From the NCBI GenBank assembly GCA_002269645.1, contig NIVC01000090.1, positions 124,001-188,000 of the forward strand: a DNA stretch of 64,000 nt. The letters run 5' to 3'. Shown in pieces: positions 37,701 through 64,000 of the stretch. The stretch is from Macrostomum lignano (lineage: Eukaryota). A model generated the notes under the pieces. The model was not told the origin of the DNA. It ran no database searches and saw only the letters and a program-made list of their open reading frames with translations. The translations under genes were made by a program, and so were the position numbers. Each line of letters starts with the position of its first letter. Position 1 is the stretch's first letter.

Positions 37701-39166
37701 TGCTTCAGTGCCTGCTGCTGCCCCTCCCCTGATGCTTCAGTGCCTGCTGCTGCCCCTCCCCTGATGCTTCAGTACCTGCTGCTGCCCCTCCCCTGATGCT
37801 TCAGTGCCTGCTGCTGCCCCTCCCCTGATGCTTCAGTGCCTGCTGCTGCCCCTCCCCTGATGCTTCAGTGCCTGCTGCTGCCCCTCCCCTGATGCTTCAG
37901 TGCCTGCTGCTGCCCCTGTCCTGATGCTTCAGTGCCTGCTGCTGCCCCTGCCCTGATGCTTCAGTACCTGCTGCTGCTCCTCCCCTGATGCTTCAGTGCC
38001 TGCTGCTGCCCCTGCCCAGATGCTTCAGTGCCTGCTGCTGCTCCTCCCCTGATGCTTCAGTGCCTGCTGCTGCCCCTGTCCTGATGCTTCAGTGCCTGCT
38101 GCTGCTCCTCCCCTGATGCTTCAGTGCCTGCTGCTGCCCCTGCCCTGATGCTTCAGTGCCTGCTGCTGCCCCTGTCCTGACCCTTCATTCACTCCAATCT
38201 TATTTCCAATTCTCCAGCTACGTAGCGGAAGAGAAGGTGAGCATCGCGCAGAAGTACCTCATCCCGGAGGTGCTGGAAGCCAGCGGCCTCCGTCCCGAAC
38301 AAGTCAGCGTCACGGATGCCGCCCTGACCGCCCTGATCAGTCGCTACTGTCGCGAGTCTGGCGTGAGAAATTTAAAAAAGCACATTGAAAAATTGCTCAG
38401 AAAAGTTGCTTACAAACTGGTTGATAGCAAAACAGCCGATTCCAGTACAGCTGCCGACTGTACCAGCATTGACGAAACCAGTCTGGCAGACTTTGTCGGC
38501 AAGCCAGTGTTTAGCAGAGACAGACTGTACGACAGCACACCATCGGGTGTGGTGATGGGCCTTGCCTGGACCGCGATGGGCGGAGCCGCTCTATTCGTTG
38601 AAACCTCATTGAAAACGCCGCCGTCTTTGACAACTACTGCGAAGAAATCTGAGAATAATAATACAGTCTCGCCGACTCCTGCTTCTGGCAGTCTTGAGCT
38701 CACCGGTCACCTTGGCGACGTGATGAAGGAGTCTGTGCGCATAGCTCACACCTATTCTCAATCGTTCCTAGCCCGCCTAGATCCCGACAATGCCGCACTA
38801 CGCAGCGGCGGTATTCACATCCACGTGCCTGAGGGCGCCACGCCAAAGGACGGGCCTAGCGCTGGCATCACCATGGCAACGGGTTTATTGAGTCTAGCCT
38901 TAGACACGCCAGTCTGCCAAGAGACGGCCATGACTGGCGAGTTAAGCTTGACTGGCAAAATCATGCCAGTAGGCGGTATTAAAGAGAAAGTGATTGCTGC
39001 TAAACGGGCCGGAGTGTCCACCGTTGTGCTGCCTGAGGACAACAGGAAGGACTATGCCGATCTGCCAGAGTTCTTGCGCGACGGAGTTAAAGCTCATTTC
39101 GTGTCTCACTATAGCGAAGCGTTTCCGCTGCTCTTTCCCGACTGGGCTGGCAAGATGCCGAAATAA
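31742..39166 (+). CDS. LONP1: Mitochondrial Lon protease (1032 aa)
   Basis: Exons 31742-32093, 33550-33929, 34459-34555, 35105-35897, 36671-37198, 38218-39166 splice in frame. Arg/Ser-rich transit peptide, LON N-domain, Walker [16 protein letters not shown], catalytic DGPSAG and GGIKEK. Confidence 0.96.
32152..32410 (+). mobile_element. SINE family A copy (LONP1 intron 1)
   Basis: Same head and tail; internal deletion. Confidence 0.8.
32490..32765. repeat. Dispersed repeat; related sequence at about 53-250
   Basis: gcgacgcaaatgcgcttcaaacacaacccagtg (about 32733-32765) matches gtgacgcagatgcgctttagacacgacccagtg (about 53-85); shared gcgactct and tcgtctag motifs. Confidence 0.45.
32760..33325. 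repeat. 16-bp minisatellite (agtgaaatcccaactc) in LONP1 intron 1
   Basis: Tandem periodicity. Confidence 0.95.
33324..33475 (+). mobile_element. SINE family B body fragment
   Basis: gtgtacatgcctgacgattagatag..gctgtacaccctg shared with 20762-20940. Confidence 0.65.
34040..34445. repeat. 23-bp minisatellite (tccactatgagaatcagctctca) in LONP1 intron 2
   Basis: Tandem periodicity. Confidence 0.95.
34578..35065 (+). repeat. 32-bp minisatellite (agcagcaggcactgaagcatcaggggaggggc) in LONP1 intron 3
   Basis: About 15 copies. Confidence 0.95.
35995..36650. repeat. Minisatellite of about 27 bp (acaatcagccttcaaatccgccccatt) in LONP1 intron 4
   Basis: Tandem periodicity. Confidence 0.95.
37228..38180 (-). 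repeat. Same 32-bp minisatellite in inverted orientation, LONP1 intron 5
   Basis: Unit ctgctgctgcccctcccctgatgcttcagtgc, about 30 copies; reverse complement of 34578-35065. Confidence 0.95.
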
Positions 39167-39269
39167 TGCTGAATATGGGAATTTACTAAACTAATTTATC
39201 GTGGATGACTTTTGCTATTGGTTAAATTGTCTGAAATGTTTGCTAAATGATTTGGCTCATGTAAACTTA

Positions 39270-39590
<321 letters not shown>

Positions 39591-40845
39591 GGACTAAATT
39601 TAAATAAAAAAATACGTGAGCCAATTTTATAAATACAGCATGTTTCTTTTTTTCAACAAGTAACATCAAAGGACAAAGCGATTCCATTTACTTTTTGTCA
39701 CTAAAAGCACTAGCGCAATATACCTATTTCTAATTGTTTATCCAGCTTTAAATGTTATCTTGAAGTTTTACGGCTATTTGATTCTTAAGAATATAAATTA
39801 ATTCATCGGTTATCCCCCTAAGTTTTCCATCATTTAGTGAAATTTTAGCGCCAGTTGAATTGTGCTGTCACCTCTTTGAATTATGACCTCGTATATGTTT
39901 CTTAGAATTTATGTTTAGCTGGCCATGTTCTGTTTAAATTTACGCGAAAAAAAACTTTGAGCTCGTTTGTGTTTGGCAAGCATTTTTCAGTAGTTGCCAG
40001 GCTATCCGTAGTGGCAATTTTAAGTACATTGAAACTTCATATTGATTAGCGATTTATATATTGCATGTAGTTTGCGTTTTCGTGCCTTTTTCACTTTTCT
40101 GTGTCTATTGAAGTGTAGGTATGGGAATTATATGTGTATACATGTAGATCTGGGTATTCTATGGGTATAGATCATGGGTATTCAATGGGTATAGATCATG
40201 GGTATTCAATGGGTATTCAATGGGTATAGATCATGGGTACTCTATGCCTACAGACCTGTGTGCATTCCGAAGGGCTCAAACCTAAGCCTATATTTTCTGG
40301 CTAATTACATACCCAGTAAAACCTTGATTTGTGCTTTCACAGGTCGCGTATTTCTCAAAAACTCTTTAATTATTTATCTGCTTGTTGGTGGACTAGTCTT
40401 TTAACTTGAAAGAAATATCTCCTTTCAAGATTTTGGAGGATTCTCTTTCGTGTCTTCTCTTGATAAGATAATTCTAGCTTGCGTCAAGCGCAGGTCAATG
40501 TAAACGAAAGAAAATGAAGGTCTTCGCGTCTTATAAATTATAATTAAAATTTATCTTCTCTGAGTTTGTTTTCCAGGGTTTGAGTACAGGGGGTGTGTGC
40601 CACCGACCTCAGCAGATTACCAGCCTTAGCAACTTACGTACAGACAAACACATTCGACCCAATCCACTGCTGCTGTGTATTTAAGAGTCAACACAGTTTG
40701 CACAAGCCTTTTACTTTGCTTCACATTTTTTCACTTGATCTGTTTCAGCGCCTAAGTGTACGAGAAGTCGATCTTATATTTCAATACATTGATTTTGAAT
40801 ACATCGCCAATATCAGTATAGATACAGAGAAGATAAATATTAACG

Positions 40846-51870
<11,025 letters not shown>

Positions 51871-52428
51871 AGCTAATTGAAGAAAACTTTAAGAATCGTT
51901 GAAAATTAATAAACGTTTTTCTATCATTCGTAAAGCCGAAGTTAACAGTAAAATCTTCTCTATTAACTTTTAACTCCATCATCTTTTCCAAGTTTTAAAA
52001 ATCAAATCCTAAGTTATAAGTTAAAGATTTATTATCAAAGCTAAACTTATTACAAGTAAATTATTGATTTTTCATTTATTATTCATCTGTAAGCTCGATA
52101 TTAACGCTATTGAATAGGTTTTGAGTTTTTTCCCGGCTGATTTGGTTATCAGTAAATCCAATTAAAATCAATTTATCATCAATATTGTGCGAATGATGTG
52201 CACACAGAGAGAAAACTTAAATATAAAGTTGTCATTTTTTGTTTTAATTTTTCTTTTGATTGTCTGTCTACCTGTGTTGCTGTTATTATTTACTATTTAA
52301 TAAGGTCAACTAAAATTAGTTTCTATTGCAATCGAGAAGCACTTTACTTAGAATAATTTTTATAAGCTACTTAGTAAGTAGTAGGTAAGGCTTATATAAA
52401 GCATGTATCTTACTCTGTTTGCGTTGCC

Positions 52429-53653
52429 TAAATTAATTGGGAGCAAGGGAATTTCCTACAGGAAGTTTTCCCTTCGAGGTTTTTCCATATTACAACTAGA
52501 CTAACTAGATTTCAAATCCTATTGGGTCTGGCTTGAAATTCCGTCTTGGAAATCTCGGCGGGAAAAACTCTCGCGGGAAAACCTTGGCGGGGAAAACTCG
52601 GCGGGAAAACCTCGGTGCGAAAACCTTGGTGGGGAATCTCGGCGGGAAAACCTCGGCGGGAAAAACTCGGTGCGAAAACCTTGGCGAGAAAACCTCGGTG
52701 CGAAAACCTTGGCGGGAAAACCTCGGCAGGAAAACCTCGGTGCGAAAACCTTGGCGAGAAAACCTCGGTGCGAAAACCTTGGCGAGAAAACCTCGGTGCG
52801 AAAACCTTGGCGGGAAAACCTCGGCAGGAAAACCTCGGTGCGAAAACCTTGGCGGGAAAACCTCGGCAGGAAAACCTCGGTGCGAAAACCTTGGCGAGAA
52901 AACCTCGGCAGGAAAACCTCGGTGCGAAAACCTTGGCGGGAAAACCTCGGCAGGAAAACCTCGGTGCGAAAACCTTGGCGGGGAAATCTCGGCGGGAAAA
53001 CCTCGGTGGGAAAACCTTGGCGGGGAAATCTCGGCGGGAAAACCTCGGTGGGAAAACCTTGGCGGGGAAATCTCGGCGGGAAAACCTCGGCAGGAAAACC
53101 TCGGTGCGAAAACCTTGGCGAGAAAACCTCAGTGGGAAAACCTTGGCGGGGAAATCTCGGCGGGAAAACCTCGGCGGGAAAACCTTGGCGGGGAAATCTC
53201 GGCGGGAAAACCTCGGCGGGAAAACCTCGGCAGGAAAACCTCGGTGCGAAAACCTTGGCGGGGAAATCTCGGCGGGAAAACCTCGGTGGGAAAACCTTGG
53301 CGGGGAAATCTCGGCGGGAAAACCTCGGCAGGAAAACCTCGGTGCGAAAACCTTGGCGAGAAAACCTCAGTGGGAAAACCTTGGCGGGGAAATCTCGGCG
53401 GGAAAACCTCGGCGGGAAAACCTAGGCGGGGAAATCTCGGCGGGAAAACCTCGGCGGGAAAACCTCGGTGCGAAAAAATCTTGGCGGGGAAAACGGCGGG
53501 AAAACCTCGGCGGGGAATCTCGGCGTGAAAACCTTGGTGAGGAAATCTCGGCGGGAAAACCTCGGTGGGAAAAACTCGGCGGGGAAATCTTAGCGGGAAA
53601 AACTCGCTACGGGAAACTTCCTGTGGAAAATTCGCATAGACCCAATTAATTTA
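52429..53653. mobile_element. Non-autonomous TIR element (1225 bp) whose interior is a minisatellite
   Basis: Perfect 13-bp ends taaattaattggg / cccaattaattta, plus subterminal inverted gaattt.c.acaggaagttt; the terminal TA may be a TSD. Confidence 0.65.
52545..53615. repeat. GC-rich 14-bp-subunit minisatellite (ggcgggaaaacctc)
   Basis: Tandem periodicity; source of ORFs 52533, 52546 and 52670. Confidence 0.95.
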
Positions 53654-53932
53654 CAGGACATTAAAGTGGATTTTCAGCTCACCAATATAGGGTTATTGTA
53701 TGTTTCTTTTTTCTCTCGCACCCTATATGAGCGTGTGAATGTGGTCAGGAGTCAGCGGAATTTATTACGATTGTGGGATGCGGAATGTCGCCGCGAAAGG
53801 CACACAGTGAAAGGATTGCATTTATTAATATTAATTCTTTAATAATTCTATCAAACAAAACCAAAACAAAAATAAGCAAACGTGCCCAATTAACTCCAGA
53901 TCAGGCACACAGACACACAACGACACAAGACA

Positions 53933-61840
<7,908 letters not shown>

Positions 61841-64000
61841 CCTTATTGAACGAACGGGACCTACATGTAACAAAATAATGATGACTTACTTTTAGAAATT
61901 GAACTCAAAAGGATCTCTTGTTTATTTAATCGCACACTTTAATTTTTATTGTGCATGTCCCTTACGTTGCATTCCGTCCGTCCAACCTAATAATATTAGT
62001 TTTTTTCAGTTAGCAATCGACTACGCAAAAAAACTGTAAATATTAACGCTAAAATAATTTATTCAAGATTTCGAAAGTTTTATTTTTAGTCATTTTTTTC
62101 TTTATCATCATGCAAAGTAAGCTCGTGAATATCTCAGTTAAAGTAGTTAAAGTATATCGAAGTTACATAATTCGGTATGTACATATTGGGTGCAAGTACA
62201 ATAAATTATGTATTTCCCTTAAGTTACCCATAGACGTCAGATTTAAAGACCTCTTCTAATAAGATAATAGATGGTACAATTTTCGCTTTGGAAACTATCT
62301 CAATCATAAATCTGAAGCTGGGCGATACACAGCTTCTGCACTTCTGCACTGACACATGCAAAAAGTCCTAATCGTTAAAATTGTTTCTTAACAGTTATAA
62401 CAACAGCCTTGTATTAAAATGTCGATACAACAGTAAGTCCTTAAAATGATAAAAATGGCTGATCATTAAAAAATTTATTACAGAATACATAGTAAATAGT
62501 AATTGACTTTCGGTTTTTTCGTGATACTTTTTAAACATGCTGGGCAGAGCGGCATGTACAACTTGATTGATCGGCTTCAATGGCCCTTCAATTAAGAGTT
62601 TAAGTAAAGTTCATTCGAAGAGCTTTTGATAAATAAATTTTCACTTATCTATTATAACATAGAAATTAGGAAAAAAAGAACTATGGAATTTGTATTTTGA
62701 TGGTCGGATAGAAAAAATACTTGTGAAACTATTTTTTAGTAGAAAAATAAAAAGCTTTACCATCTTGCAGCATGAAAATGCGGTAAGAATAACAGAGACA
62801 ACTTTTTATTTTTATAAATATCTGTTGTAGGGCTGTTAACCCCGACGTACTTAAAGATCCCACCGATTAACACCAAGTTATTATTGAGATGTATTTCTCT
62901 CTATTAAGATTTTACTAAATTGTACTAAAATCTAATATTTCTAAGAATCCTACTTTTAAACCTATAGGCCTATGTATTATATAGGCCTACGTTATGGCAT
63001 GGGCTATCGTCGGTACGAATTACCCTGGGCCTGGGTAGCTTCAGCGCCCAAGCGGCAAGACACTGCTGACTACTACTGCTATTACTAATTCTTCAACTAA
63101 TCAGTCCAACACAGTGCTACCATGGACTGAGGGGTTTCCGGCATATTGTCTCTCCTGACTAATACTGCATCATGCTTAGCTGCAACAGCCTGAATCTATT
63201 TCTTGGGAATCCTCCCTTTCTATTGAGCAATCTGCCCTTTCTTTTACTGAGCAAAATGCTTGTTCAGCAATCCCTGCTTAACTGCACTGGCAAAACATCC
63301 TTTCTATCCAATATGGTAAAGGGCCTATTTCCAACTCACAATCCTACTTAAATGACTAAGTCAGAAAACCAGAGAAATCTTAATTTCTAGGCTACTAAGT
63401 ACTGAACCCAAGAGAAGGTTAAAGAAAATGTTCAAGTTTCATCTTATATTTAGGCCTATACTAGTCAAAGTCTTTCCTTATTGGTTCGTGCTATATTCAT
63501 TTTAACAACATTGAATTAAAACAAATTATTTGCCTCACTAAAACAAAATTTCTACATTTAGAACAAATAGTATACTAAAACAAAAATATATGAGTATTTG
63601 TTAATTTGGCAAGAGTTCAACTTATAAAATGTTTAATAATTTCCTAGAATAAAACATTAGCTCTATTGCATATCTTTTATATAAAGTGTAGGGAGGTACA
63701 CAAGATTGGCATGAATCAACCTCCCCTCTCAGCTTAGCAAGCTAGTAGGCAATGCCCCCAAGCCCCAACCCCTGGTTGGGCCACCAGGGATTTGAGTACA
63801 AATGTAACAATGGCCCTATAGGCCTATGCAAGCCTGACTGCCACATGCTCCCCTTCCCCTCAGTACTAAGCTAGGCTCTGAACTTTGTTGGGTGACCAAG
63901 GCAGCTACCAGCAGATGGGATAAGCAGTGTTGCATTGAGGGAGAGGGACTAGCACAACAGAAGGCAGCCATAGTAGACGGGTAGTTTTGTTGGTTGTGAC

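Noticed and set aside
52533-53649. Long basic repeat ORFs (GKPRRENL)
   Set aside because: All three frames are open because of the repeat; no splice or domain evidence.
62756-62790. Possible 12-nt microexon (ttgcAG catgaaaatgcg GTaaga)
   Set aside because: No host gene or flanking exons identifiable in 61900-64000.

Overview
Eukaryotic (metazoan) genomic DNA. It holds ten protein-coding loci. Nine are on the + strand: the last exon of an unidentified gene, two tandem NEK2/NIMA-like kinases, a BTB protein, a PP1 glycogen-targeting (CBM21) subunit, a SMYD SET-MYND protein, mitochondrial Lon protease, catalase and an RNF216-like RBR ligase. The tenth is a small membrane-anchored EGF-domain gene nested antisense in catalase intron 3. 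I rebuilt the eight spliced genes by hand, and each splices in frame through GT..AG introns. The dominant feature is that about 24 of 27 introns, and most intergenic spacers, are filled by locus-specific micro/minisatellites of 4-45 bp. These arrays generate most of the long spurious ORFs in the track. Two tRNA-derived SINE families and several TIR/foldback elements are also present. The architecture is reminiscent of a Macrostomum-like flatworm (inference, not verified). Best leads: (1) a near-identical kinase exon shared by two otherwise divergent NEK paralogues, one of which has lost its Gly-rich loop; (2) an inverted pair of the same minisatellite bracketing LONP1 exons 4-5; (3) the nested EGF-ligand-like gene; (4) a TIR-bounded element carrying an E2F-site-like minisatellite; (5) arrays whose units mimic a Pol III B-box or a complete mini-intron; (6) an operon/trans-splicing-like gene layout.
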